From contig JAUXAG010000006.1 in assembly GCA_030614915.1 (NCBI GenBank), forward strand, positions 1,263 to 65,262: a DNA stretch of 64,000 nt, written 5' to 3'. Positions 49,541 through 58,849 of this stretch are shown here, piece after piece. Position numbers and translations under genes: made by a program. How positions within the stretch are numbered: the stretch's first letter is position 1; every line of letters starts with the position of its first letter. The notes under the pieces are model-generated. The model made no database searches. It saw only the letters and a list, made by a program, of their open reading frames with translations, and was not told where the DNA came from. This DNA is from Actinomycetes bacterium (GTDB lineage Bacteria > Planctomycetota > Phycisphaerae > JAACET01).

Positions 49541-50203
49541 GTGTTTATGGCTGTATTACGTGCAGTTCTTTGTCCAGCCGGCCCGCAGGTTGCTCCGATT
49601 GAGCTAGCCAGTCGGGCAGTCTCCGCCGGTTGTCGGGCCATCGCCTTGGCCGATGGGGCCGAACTTTCCGGCGAAGCTCTGGCTGAGATTCGAGCCCTGG
49701 GAGTTGAAATTGAGTGTTTGAGTTGCCCTAAGCCGCTTTGCGGCGACTCACTGTCCGCCTTGGTCAGCCGAGCTGCCAAGCTGGAGATTCCTCACGTTTT
49801 GGTCCCCGCGGGCCCCGCCGAGTATAGCTACAGCCGGGCATATGACCAACTCTACAGCCTGTTGTACGAGATTGCCCCCCAGGCAGACCAGCTGGCTGTC
49901 AAGCTACTCGTCTGTGCCCCTCAGAAAGCCTTTCTCTTAAGTCCGCTGGAGGTTCGAGGGCTCATCGATGCGCTCAACTCGCCCAACGTCGGCTGCTGCT
50001 TGAGCTTTGACCACTGCTTGGCCCATGAGCTCTCCATTGTCCATTGGATTGGGATTCTCAACGCCCGGCTGTTCGCTTGCCGGATAAATTCGGCTTCTGA
50101 TATGGCTGGGGAGACGTTGGCTCTTTGGGCTAACCTTCCCACAGAGCCCTTTTGTCTTGCGACTGAGGCCTCTGTCGCTGCTGAATTGAGCCGAATGAAT
50201 TAG
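49541..50203 (+). CDS. Degenerate sugar-phosphate isomerase/epimerase (AP_endonuc_2 TIM barrel)-like protein
   Basis: FLLSPLEVRGLIDALNSPNVG..., WIGILNAR; metal ligands appear absent. Confidence 0.6.
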   Translation: MFMAVLRAVLCPAGPQVAPIELASRAVSAGCRAIALADGAELSGEALAEIRALGVEIECLSCPKPLCGDSLSALVSRAAKLEIPHVLVPAGPAEYSYSRAYDQLYSLLYEIAPQADQLAVKLLVCAPQKAFLLSPLEVRGLIDALNSPNVGCCLSFDHCLAHELSIVHWIGILNARLFACRINSASDMAGETLALWANLPTEPFCLATEASVAAELSRMN

Positions 50204-50541
50204 CGGGCAAGCACCTGCTGAACCTTAGTTCCCTGGAAGACCACCACGGCATGGGGGTATTGCCAAATCTTGTGCTCGGGGTCCGCCGGCGAGTCCAGTA
50301 TGTATTCGGGTACGCCCCAGGCCAATATGACCTGCGATTGGCTGGCTCCCGGGCTGATCAGTTCAGCGCCAATGCCGGATTCGGCCTGCTCGGCCTCGGT
50401 GTCGGCTGTTACCTCCACCTGCTTGACTCGGCTCCAAGGTATCTTTGCCGCCGAGGTCTTCGAGCCGGCTTTCGTCCCGCAGCCTGTCGGCAGCAGACAG
50501 GCCAAACCAGCAAGAAATATGACAATTGGGTATACTCTCAT
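50200..50541 (-). CDS. Small lipoprotein, SmpA/OmlA(BamE)-like motif
   Basis: Signal peptide with Cys (LACLLPTGC), ISPGASQSQVILAWGVP...WQYP; ATG overlaps secretin stop (ATGA). Confidence 0.65.
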   Translation of the reverse strand: MRVYPIVIFLAGLACLLPTGCGTKAGSKTSAAKIPWSRVKQVEVTADTEAEQAESGIGAELISPGASQSQVILAWGVPEYILDSPADPEHKIWQYPHAVVVFQGTKVQQVLAR

Positions 50542-53237
50542 GGTTTTTCAAAAGCCCCGAATTCCATGGTTCGCCCAACGCGGCCGGGAAGACTCAGTTG
50601 CCGGGATATAGCCTCGCGCAGCTTGGCCATGGTTTCGCTCAGTTTCTTTTCGAATGCCGCGTAGTAATGCTCGGTATGGTAGAAGTATCTGGCTACTTCC
50701 CAGTCGATCAGATAGGTCCGCTTGGGGTCTATTACCGGGAAGGTCAGTTGGCGTCCGACCTTGAAGTGTTTCAGCCGGAATCCGTCGTCCGTCTTGTTCA
50801 GGTCGACGGTCCGCTTGAGGATCAGGGCAGCCTGGAGCCGTTCGATATCCTTGGCACTATTGATCAGTATAGTCCAGCGGGGCACACCGTTGACCGGCTG
50901 ATTGAGCTGGTAGAGTTTTTCGGCCCATTCGTCGCGGTCCTTCAGTTCCAGTACACGTATTTCAGGGATAGACTGCTTCAGGACATCCTCGGCTCGGGCC
51001 TGCTCGGGCACCTGAAAAGTCAGGGCCAGGGCCTGCTTAGAATGCCGCCTGAAGTACCAGTCCAGATTCCCTTTGCGCCGTCCGCAGAGTTCTTTGGTCA
51101 GGAACTCGACCTCGAACCCGCACGGCTCCGCTGGATTCGGCTTAAAGAGGATCAGGTTCGTGGGAGTAACTTTGTTCATCAATTTCAGTTTCTTGATAAT
51201 CTGATAGACCATCCGCTCGACCAGAATAGTCTCCCCGGGTACTTGGTCCTGGATTACGCTGTCGAACGGTGTCCGCTCCGCGAGTTCGGGCCTGCTTCGG
51301 ATCAACTGCCTGGTCTGGGCCATCAGCTCGTTCAGCTCGGCGTTGCTGCGCAGGAAAGATAGGTCGAAAACATCCTGAATGCGAATGCGGTAGATGGCCC
51401 GGAAGAGCAAAGGATCAATTTCGTCAAACAGAGCACTATCCTTGGGCATGGCTCGATTGACGGCGATTTTTTCCGGCAGAACGTAGGGCGTGAGTACGAT
51501 GATAACTTCCCGCCGTTCCGTGCTGCTTTCCTTGACCTTGAACAACCAGCCGATTATGGGGATCCTGGAGATGAAGGGAATACGGTCGGACTCAGTCGAG
51601 CTTCGTTTGGAGATCAGGCCACCTATGATCAGCGGCGTGTTGTTGCGGATCCGGGCGTAGGTCTGCACCTGACGAGTCAGCACCACCGGAGCCTGGGCCT
51701 GGGCTGCCAGGCTGTTGGGGTCGATCTGTATGCGATACGGCGAAGTAGCATCGATGTCGGAGACGCTGGCGTCTATCTGGAAGGAAACGTCCTCGCTGTC
51801 GGAGCTTATCCGCGGGCGAAGGTTCAGAACAATACCAACAGAGATGTATTGCACCTTCACGTTGGTGGTAAGTTCGGTTATCACCGTCGAAGAAACCGGG
51901 ACCTCCGTGGTCACCCGGATGCGGCATTGCCGATTGTCCAAGGCCAGGATGCTCGGCCGGCTTAGAACCTGGGCCTTACCCTCGCGGATCAGGGCTCGAA
52001 GCGTCGCACGATATGTGCCTATTGCCCGTAACATTACGGGCGTGCTGATGTTATAACTGAGGCCGAAAATCAGCGGACGAACTGTTTCACCCGACGCCGT
52101 TTCAAAGCTGGCAGAATGAGTCGGGTTTGGCCCGCCCCCGGTCCAAGTGTGCTCCAGCCCCAATTGCTTCATGCCAGTTTCAGAGACCTCAAGGACCATT
52201 CCCTCTATAAGTAGCTGCCGGGCGGGCACGTCGATCTGGCCGCTCAGCAGTTCCAGCAGGTGAGCCAGGGCTGCCCTTCCGGACGAGCTGGGATCATAGC
52301 TGATCAAGAGTCTCTCCAGCGGACCGCCCGAGGTGGAGGACGTGAACTCGCTGACCTCCTCTCCCGGAAGCCTAATGCCGAAGGCACCCTTCTTGATCGC
52401 CGCTGTGCCCGCCAGTGAGGCCTTCTGCGGGTCCGGCATCTTGCAGACCATCGGTAGATTCTTGCGCTTTATCAGTTGATCATATTTAAAGCTCTCGGGG
52501 TCGTCGATTACGTAATAGCCCATGACTCTCAGGGTTTGCAGGGCCTTGTCGCCTTCCATATAGTTAAGCTGATATATCCAGGTGGGCAAATCTCGTGGCA
52601 GCATTTCCTGGGGCTGGGCGGCTGCATCCTGCAGGACCGCCTGGACCATCTCCAGCCCAGAGTTGATGTCCGGGTTGGCCTCATACTTGTCCCCAGCTAT
52701 TTGGTAGCCCTGGACGAAGAGTCGATCCGGCTGGGTTTCCAAGAGCTGGATTCCTATTTGCAGGATTCGCTTACCGCTGGGCGTGGCCAGCTCATAGTTG
52801 ATCGCCAGCTCGAAGTCAGCGGCCGCCTCGCTTGCCAGGTCCGGCACTTGATCCCCTCTCAGAAGAACATAGGCTTTGGCGGAGCGGATTTGTTGGCCGA
52901 CGACCCGCAGCAATTCTTCGAGCTGTTGTTCGCTCATATCCGCCGGCAGCACTATGGACTTACCGGTCAAGACCGGCTGACCGTTTGCCGGGCTGGCCGA
53001 GTTCTGCTCGGGTTTATCCAGGCTATCGCCTGGAGCCGGCGAAGCCTTTTGAGCTTTAGCAGTCTGGCCCGGCTGATCGCCGGCGGGCGGGGGTTCGCCT
53101 TGGGCCCCTTTGCCGCAAGGCAGGCACAGAAGCACAGCGAAGAGCCAAACCGCCGGCAGGGCAGCCTTGCCGGGCGCTGGGCTCTCAATAGAAGCCTTTG
53201 GTTCTGCCATAGGATCTCTGTATTTACGCACTGTCAC
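50538..53237 (-). CDS. Secretin (type II/III secretion system outer-membrane pore family) with long C-terminal extension
   Basis: IDVPARQLLIEGMVLEV...LG, AQVLSRPSILALDN, VGIVLNLRPRI, IIGGLI...RIPFISRIPIIGWLF....RREVIIVLTPYV. Confidence 0.88.
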   Translation of the reverse strand: MTVRKYRDPMAEPKASIESPAPGKAALPAVWLFAVLLCLPCGKGAQGEPPPAGDQPGQTAKAQKASPAPGDSLDKPEQNSASPANGQPVLTGKSIVLPADMSEQQLEELLRVVGQQIRSAKAYVLLRGDQVPDLASEAAADFELAINYELATPSGKRILQIGIQLLETQPDRLFVQGYQIAGDKYEANPDINSGLEMVQAVLQDAAAQPQEMLPRDLPTWIYQLNYMEGDKALQTLRVMGYYVIDDPESFKYDQLIKRKNLPMVCKMPDPQKASLAGTAAIKKGAFGIRLPGEEVSEFTSSTSGGPLERLLISYDPSSSGRAALAHLLELLSGQIDVPARQLLIEGMVLEVSETGMKQLGLEHTWTGGGPNPTHSASFETASGETVRPLIFGLSYNISTPVMLRAIGTYRATLRALIREGKAQVLSRPSILALDNRQCRIRVTTEVPVSSTVITELTTNVKVQYISVGIVLNLRPRISSDSEDVSFQIDASVSDIDATSPYRIQIDPNSLAAQAQAPVVLTRQVQTYARIRNNTPLIIGGLISKRSSTESDRIPFISRIPIIGWLFKVKESSTERREVIIVLTPYVLPEKIAVNRAMPKDSALFDEIDPLLFRAIYRIRIQDVFDLSFLRSNAELNELMAQTRQLIRSRPELAERTPFDSVIQDQVPGETILVERMVYQIIKKLKLMNKVTPTNLILFKPNPAEPCGFEVEFLTKELCGRRKGNLDWYFRRHSKQALALTFQVPEQARAEDVLKQSIPEIRVLELKDRDEWAEKLYQLNQPVNGVPRWTILINSAKDIERLQAALILKRTVDLNKTDDGFRLKHFKVGRQLTFPVIDPKRTYLIDWEVARYFYHTEHYYAAFEKKLSETMAKLREAISRQLSLPGRVGRTMEFGAFEKP

Positions 53238-53346
53238 TGTATGGCGATTATCGGTCCAGGCTTGGAATTCGCTTGAGGAAAAGGATTATCGGTCTTTTGC
53301 GAACCGGCCAGTGGCTTTAGAAACTCACACATTGGGAGTCGCCATA

Positions 53347-55095
53347 CTAGCCGGAGCCGTTCGAGCGGTCGAAATATTGGCAGGTAGTGCCCCCGCCGTC
53401 CGGGGCCGGCCCATCGCCCATACGCAGCAGATGCCTCGCCCCGGAGATAATCTCCTGCCGGTGAGTTATCAGCAAGGTCGTGCGGTCGGCCATAATGGGT
53501 TCTATGGCCTTGAGGATGGCTCGTTCGGATTCCGGGTCCACCGAGGCAGTGGCCTCATCCAGGATCAGTATCCTCGGCTCCTTTAGGATGGCCCGGGTCA
53601 GGGTTATCCTCTGTCTTTCTCCCCGGCTCAGTTCGACACCACCTTGCCCGATCACCGTTTGATAGCCGTCCCGCAGACGGCAAATGAAGTCGTGGGCGTT
53701 GGCCCTTTTGGCCGCCGCCTCGATCTGCTCCCGCCTGGCCGTCGGACGAGCGTAACGGATATTCTCCAGGATACTGCGATTGAACAGGAAGCACTCCTGA
53801 AAAGCCACCCCGATCTCCTGGCGGAGCTTAGCCAGTCGAATGTGCCGATAGTCGAGACCATCGATCAGAATGCTGCCCGAAGTCGGATCAAACATTCGCA
53901 GCAACAGGTTGACCAGCGTGCTCTTGCCGCATCCGGACGGACCGGTAATGACCAGGGTCTGGCCGGCAGGTACCCGGAAGCAGACGTCCCGCAGGATTGG
54001 TTGACCATCGCTCGGGTAACAGAACGAGACGTTCCGGAACTCGACATCCCCGCGGATACCTGCGACCTTTGCCAGGGGTTCGGTTTCTTTTGGTGTCGGT
54101 CTAATGTCAAGTATGGCCCAGACCCGCTCCAGGCTGGCTAGGCTGCGTTGAAACTTCGCAGCCTCGCTGATTATGCCCCCCACGCGGGTATAGGCCAATC
54201 CCAAGCATATCCAGAACATAATGAATGTCCCGCTGAAGTCGCGCCAGAGTACTCCCAGGTTGATTACCAGGTGAGCGACGTAGGCGAGGACGATGAGGTA
54301 GCCGAGTCCGATAAGCAGGTCGGAGATAATCTTTTGTCTGACGTGGTAGACTCGCTGGCTGATCTGGGCAGCGCGGGTTTTCTCGATGGACTCTTCGAAC
54401 TTGGCGGCCTCGTGGTCTTCACGTCCAAAGCCTTTGACCACCTCGGCGGCAGTAAAACTCTCCACCAGGTCGCCGTGCACCACGGACAACTGTTCGGCGA
54501 CGGCCCTGCTGGAGAGTTTGATGCCCGCCCGCATCCGGTAGTAGGCTATCACCTGTACGGGAAGTACAGCGCTGGAGACCAGGGCCAGCCGCCAGTCGGT
54601 CAGAAACATAATCAGCAGCAGCAAGCAGACCGTCAGGGCGTCGGCGCCCATGGTACCCAGGCTGTCGCGAAAGAATTCCTGGATACTGGTTACATCGCCC
54701 ATCAATCGGCTGGTGAGTTTTCCCGGTTTGAATCTCCTATAAAATTCCAGGCCCAAACCCTGGATGTGCTCGAAAAGGCTGCGACGCAAATCAAAGGCCA
54801 GCCCTTCGCTTATTTGCACCGACCAATAGCGGGAGGCGAAAAACAACAGGTTCCGGGCGACATACACGCCGCCTACTCCCCCAAGCAGCCAGAGCAGCAA
54901 ATATCCGTTCTTGTTCTCGAAGGCCTCAATAATGTTTTTGATCAGCAGAGGAAGGCATATATTTGCCCCACTGAGCACTATTATGGTCAGGAGGATAACA
55001 GTGATAAGGGCCGAATGCGGCCAAAGATAGGGCAGCAGCCGCCGCACCATCGACCGACTGGTGGATGTAACGTCTTGCCGAGAAGTCACTTGCAA
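53347..55095 (-). CDS. ABC exporter, fused permease/ATPase (MsbA-like)
   Basis: TM domain, GPSGCGKST, LSRGERQR, ILILDEAT, ITHR. Confidence 0.92.
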   Translation of the reverse strand: MQVTSRQDVTSTSRSMVRRLLPYLWPHSALITVILLTIIVLSGANICLPLLIKNIIEAFENKNGYLLLWLLGGVGGVYVARNLLFFASRYWSVQISEGLAFDLRRSLFEHIQGLGLEFYRRFKPGKLTSRLMGDVTSIQEFFRDSLGTMGADALTVCLLLLIMFLTDWRLALVSSAVLPVQVIAYYRMRAGIKLSSRAVAEQLSVVHGDLVESFTAAEVVKGFGREDHEAAKFEESIEKTRAAQISQRVYHVRQKIISDLLIGLGYLIVLAYVAHLVINLGVLWRDFSGTFIMFWICLGLAYTRVGGIISEAAKFQRSLASLERVWAILDIRPTPKETEPLAKVAGIRGDVEFRNVSFCYPSDGQPILRDVCFRVPAGQTLVITGPSGCGKSTLVNLLLRMFDPTSGSILIDGLDYRHIRLAKLRQEIGVAFQECFLFNRSILENIRYARPTARREQIEAAAKRANAHDFICRLRDGYQTVIGQGGVELSRGERQRITLTRAILKEPRILILDEATASVDPESERAILKAIEPIMADRTTLLITHRQEIISGARHLLRMGDGPAPDGGGTTCQYFDRSNGSG

Positions 55096-55280
55096 TTCCC
55101 CGTCCGGATATCTACGACTCTTGCGGTCGGTTGGGCCGACTCGCTGAGTTATTTTACCTTAGCTGCGCGGAGATTCAAACCAAACCCCCCCTTTAATTCT
55201 GGGCATTTGGGCTGGCTAAATATAAAAAGCAGTCAGTCAAAGACGCCTGCCTTTGAGATTATTTGTCCTGGCCAGTCGTT

Positions 55281-56150
55281 TCAGCCGTCCAGACCGTTGG
55301 CTCGCGGGGAGAACAGCTGGTCAGTCAGCCCCCGGTTGAAACGCACATCCAGGTATCTGTAGCGGCTGATAAGATTACCAGCAGTATCGAAGCCTTCCGT
55401 TCTGGTCGGCAGGAGATATTCCTTGTCTAAATAGATGTATAATACTGCATACAAGGTATCGTAGCCCTTGTCCATGGGCAGTTTGCGACGCAAGACCAGA
55501 CACTCTCGGCCGTCCAGTACTTTGCTATTCAGGTATTCGATAACCAAGTCACCGTTTTTGTCCGCTTCTTCGTAAGTGCTAACCATATCATCCAGCACTC
55601 GGCCGAAACCGAACCCAGCTGGTGTGCGCAGTGATGATTTCTTCAGTCTCGGATCATCGATGTCCCGACGCACGGTGCGCACCAGCAGGCCGGCAAGCCC
55701 GGCCGGATGCACCAGTATCGTCTTGTTGCCGTCCTTTTCAACGTACAGAAGAGTATCCACCGGACCTTTTGGCTCTTGCCAGTTCATCAATACGGAGAAT
55801 GGGGCTTCCTTGAAGTAAACGCGAATCTTCTCGGGGTCCTTGAAATGCCCGTTGATTCGCTCTTGTTTGATAAAAGTGCAGGTGTAATCCCGTACGGATT
55901 TGTGGTAGCTCTCCTGGGCGAGCCTTAATAGGCCCAAAGGATCTTCCCCGGCCAGGCGCTCGAGTTCAACCTGGATTTGCATTTCTTCACTGTAGAGCGG
56001 AGCCTCTTCTGCAGCAAGCGCCTGGTAGTGATAGCTCCGGTCGACGCAGCGGTTGTTTGAGGCCAATACAATCAAAACCGTGCCAATAGCCAGGCCCAAT
56101 CCGATTCGACAGCACCAGTTGCTTCCTTGCTTACGTAGTTTTCGCCACAT
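55281..56150 (-). CDS. DUF1571 domain protein (LolA-like fold by inference)
   Basis: VRDYTCTFIKQERING, PFSVLMNW, LYVE, IYLDKEYLLP, YRYLDVRFN.GLTD..F. Confidence 0.8.
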   Translation of the reverse strand: MWRKLRKQGSNWCCRIGLGLAIGTVLIVLASNNRCVDRSYHYQALAAEEAPLYSEEMQIQVELERLAGEDPLGLLRLAQESYHKSVRDYTCTFIKQERINGHFKDPEKIRVYFKEAPFSVLMNWQEPKGPVDTLLYVEKDGNKTILVHPAGLAGLLVRTVRRDIDDPRLKKSSLRTPAGFGFGRVLDDMVSTYEEADKNGDLVIEYLNSKVLDGRECLVLRRKLPMDKGYDTLYAVLYIYLDKEYLLPTRTEGFDTAGNLISRYRYLDVRFNRGLTDQLFSPRANGLDG

Positions 56151-56452
56151 CAGTATTTCCCTCAGTTTACGGAAAAAGGGCTGGCAGTTTTTCCTTTTCC
56201 CTGCTCTGGTTTGTGCTGTCGGCCAAGTAGCTTTACCGACTCGATAAAGTGGACCTGGTAAAAATCGACAATTACCACCAAAAAGCTTTAGTCCTTGTAG
56301 TCATGCCCTTTTGTCCTCAGCGGTCAGCAAATTATCAGCACCGGGACTGCTGGGGACAAGTTAATTTCCCAACGGTTGGCAGCGAGAAGGCTCGTCGCCT
56401 GGGACCCACGGCGTCTAACCCGTTGGGACCAAAGCAGCTAGGCGCAAAAGCC

Positions 56453-56483
56453 GGGTCGCCGCAAACCTTGTCCGCGGCGACCC
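56453..56483 (-). terminator. Probable intrinsic terminator hairpin downstream of HTH-receiver gene
   Basis: Perfect 10-bp stem GGGTCGCCGC/GCGGCGACCC followed on minus strand by GGCTTTT. Confidence 0.5.
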
Positions 56484-56534
56484 TTATCAGAAACAGTACC
56501 GGGCACAATCTGCGTCCGGTGCTGTGGACGTTTA

Positions 56535-57131
56535 TTATGCTAATCTGAGATTGCCGGCAACTCGCTGTCTGGCGAGACTAACCAACTCTACTATGAAGCT
56601 GCTCAACCTGGACTCATCCAGGGCAAGGTTCAGGCAGGCATCGAAGCCGTAATCCTCCAGCTCCCGCTCCTGCTGGCCGTTAGTCAGGGCAACCACTTTG
56701 GTTTTTTGCAAGTCCGCTATGACCCTGATATTCCTGGGAATTTCCCGTCTACTGGGCGAGTCGGCTTCAACCTCCCAGAAGATTATTTGTGGCTTTAGTC
56801 GTTCAGCGAAGATCCCCGCGGCAAAGGCGGAGTCGGCCGATTGAACTTCGAAGTTGTTTTCTGCCAGCGTCTTTTCCAGAGTTGCGTTGTTTGAGGTCCC
56901 CTTGCTGACGATCAGGGCCCGTTGTTTATCGGACTCCAGAACGCCCCGCGGAATTCCGTGTTTATCCATGAAGAGCAGCAGTTCGGCTCGCGGGATTCGC
57001 CGATCTTTGCTGCCGGGAATTCGGTAGCCGCTGAGCTCTCCGGAGTCGAACCACTTGGAGACCGTTCGCGGGGCAACCTTACAAATCCGGGCCACTTCGC
57101 CGGTAGTCAGAATGTCTCTGCTTTTAGCCAT
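56535..57131 (-). CDS. Excisionase-type HTH + atypical receiver-domain regulator
   Basis: ILTTGEVARICKVAPRTVSKWFDSGELSGYRIPGSKDRRIP; ATG 57131 after GAGG. Confidence 0.88.
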   Translation of the reverse strand: MAKSRDILTTGEVARICKVAPRTVSKWFDSGELSGYRIPGSKDRRIPRAELLLFMDKHGIPRGVLESDKQRALIVSKGTSNNATLEKTLAENNFEVQSADSAFAAGIFAERLKPQIIFWEVEADSPSRREIPRNIRVIADLQKTKVVALTNGQQERELEDYGFDACLNLALDESRLSSFIVELVSLARQRVAGNLRLA

Positions 57132-57355
57132 TTCCTCTACCGATTCCGCCCCACCTGTATTATCTTTCCTGCAGAGCGTGTTCGCCGGTCGTTGAATCGG
57201 TCTTTGACGGCGGGAATTTAGTAAAAAACTCCGAAAATCGCCCGATCGGTCTGTCCGGGGTCCGGTTTTAGGCAGATACCTGCCCAGACCCGGAGCTTTT
57301 GCCGCGGACTTCAAGATGCTATGGATGGGTTTAGCGTTATAGGACTTGCCTGGGG

Positions 57356-57757
57356 CTAGCGGACCCCCGGCAGCACCAGGACCTGGAACTTGCGCGAGCG
57401 GGGCCCATCGAACTCACAGAAGTAAATGCCTTGCCAGGTACCCAGGACTAACTTGCCGGTCTGAACCGCTACGCTCACGGACGAACCCACCAGCGAGGCC
57501 TTGCAGTGAGCGTCCGAATTGCCCTCGCTGTGCCGGTAGTTCCCGTGTTGGGGTACTAAGCGTTCCAGGTTCTCCAGCAGGTCAGCTACCACCGAGGGGT
57601 CTGCATTTTCATTGATGGTCACCCCGGCTGTGGTATGGGGAACGAAAATCATGGCCAAGCCATTTTCCAACCCGCAGTCCTGAATCGCCTTTTGAACCTC
57701 CCCGGTGATATCCACCAACTCACAGCGACCGTGGGTGCGAAGCGTTATACTCTTCAT
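57356..57757 (-). CDS. yjbQ: YjbQ (UPF0047) family protein
   Basis: FVPHTTAGVTINENADPSV..D, H.EGNSDAH.KASL, LGTWQGIYFCEFDGPR. Confidence 0.93.
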   Translation of the reverse strand: MKSITLRTHGRCELVDITGEVQKAIQDCGLENGLAMIFVPHTTAGVTINENADPSVVADLLENLERLVPQHGNYRHSEGNSDAHCKASLVGSSVSVAVQTGKLVLGTWQGIYFCEFDGPRSRKFQVLVLPGVR

Positions 57758-57839
57758 TGCTTATTTGCCTGGCCTTGCGCTTTTGAATCCTGACATCCTG
57801 ACCCTTGAGCCTTGCTGTTGGTTATGTTAGCTTGGGGGT

Positions 57840-58763
57840 ATGGTTCAAAGCAAGCAAGAACTGCGGGATTTACTCGACAGGGCCCGGATAGAGCTTCGCT
57901 CCAATCTGGGCCAAAACTTCCTCATCGACCAGAACCTCATGCACCTGCTGGTCAACAGGGCCAACCTCCAGCCGGACGACACCGTCCTGGAGGTCGGCGC
58001 CGCCACCGGGTCACTGACCGAGCTTCTCTCCGAGCAATCCGGAGCCGTCGTGGCTGTGGAGATTGACCGGCGGCTCATGGAAATTGCCAAGCAAAAGCTA
58101 AGCGGCCGGGACAACGTGGACCTGCTCTGTCGTGATGCCTTATTCGAGTCCAAGCTGGACATGACTGTGGCCCTGAGGCTGACCGACAATCTGGCAAGGC
58201 TCGGCGGACGGTTGTTGCTGGTGGCCAATTTGCCCTACAAGCTGGCCAGCCGTCTGCTCATGGAGTGTATCTGCGGGGAATTGCCTTTCACCCAGTTGTA
58301 TTTTACGGTGCAACGCGAAGTGGCCGAACGCATACTTGCCCCCCCCGGAACCAAAACCTATGGCCTGTTGAGCATTGTTTTCCAGGCGTCCGGACGCGTA
58401 AAACGCTTGCGCAAATTACCGCCCTCGGTGTTTTGGCCCCAGCCGGAGGTAGACTCGGCCATGCTGGCCTGGGCCCGGGCCAGCGAAAATACCCCCACTG
58501 TTCTTTCCGGCAGGGGAACCATGGGCTCGAACTTACCTCTGGCCATCGACGATTTGATTACCCTCAAGGAAGTCGTCAAGGTATTGCTCCACTACCGCCG
58601 CAAGAAGATAAGTTCGTGTATTGCTCTTAAGCAGGAATCTCCCCTGCGGGTAACCGATCTGAACCGGGCCTTGGCACTTACCGATATCGACCCCAATCTT
58701 CGCGGCGAGCAGCTTTCTCCCGAGCAATACGTAGCCCTGGCCCAAGCCGTCAACATGCACTAA
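57840..58763 (+). CDS. rsmA: 16S rRNA m6(2)A1518/1519 dimethyltransferase
   Basis: LGQNFLID, VLEVGAATGSLT, VEID, VANLPY, QREVAER, VFWPQPEVDS. Confidence 0.95.
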   Translation: MVQSKQELRDLLDRARIELRSNLGQNFLIDQNLMHLLVNRANLQPDDTVLEVGAATGSLTELLSEQSGAVVAVEIDRRLMEIAKQKLSGRDNVDLLCRDALFESKLDMTVALRLTDNLARLGGRLLLVANLPYKLASRLLMECICGELPFTQLYFTVQREVAERILAPPGTKTYGLLSIVFQASGRVKRLRKLPPSVFWPQPEVDSAMLAWARASENTPTVLSGRGTMGSNLPLAIDDLITLKEVVKVLLHYRRKKISSCIALKQESPLRVTDLNRALALTDIDPNLRGEQLSPEQYVALAQAVNMH

Positions 58764-58812
58764 GAGCCTATCCGAAAACCGGCGCTACTGCGGCCCGTTT
58801 TCGGATAGGCTC
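58764..58812. mobile_element. 49-bp MITE-like element with 16-bp perfect TIRs and TAA direct repeats
   Basis: taa-GAGCCTATCCGAAAAC...GTTTTCGGATAGGCTC-taa. Confidence 0.7.
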
Positions 58813-58849
58813 TAAAGTTTTTCACAGAGCGCTCAATACCGCGCCGATT

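Noticed and set aside
56440-56495. Hammerhead ribozyme (CTGATAA next to a stem on the minus strand)
   Set aside because: Core is not CUGANGA and GAAA does not follow the stem.
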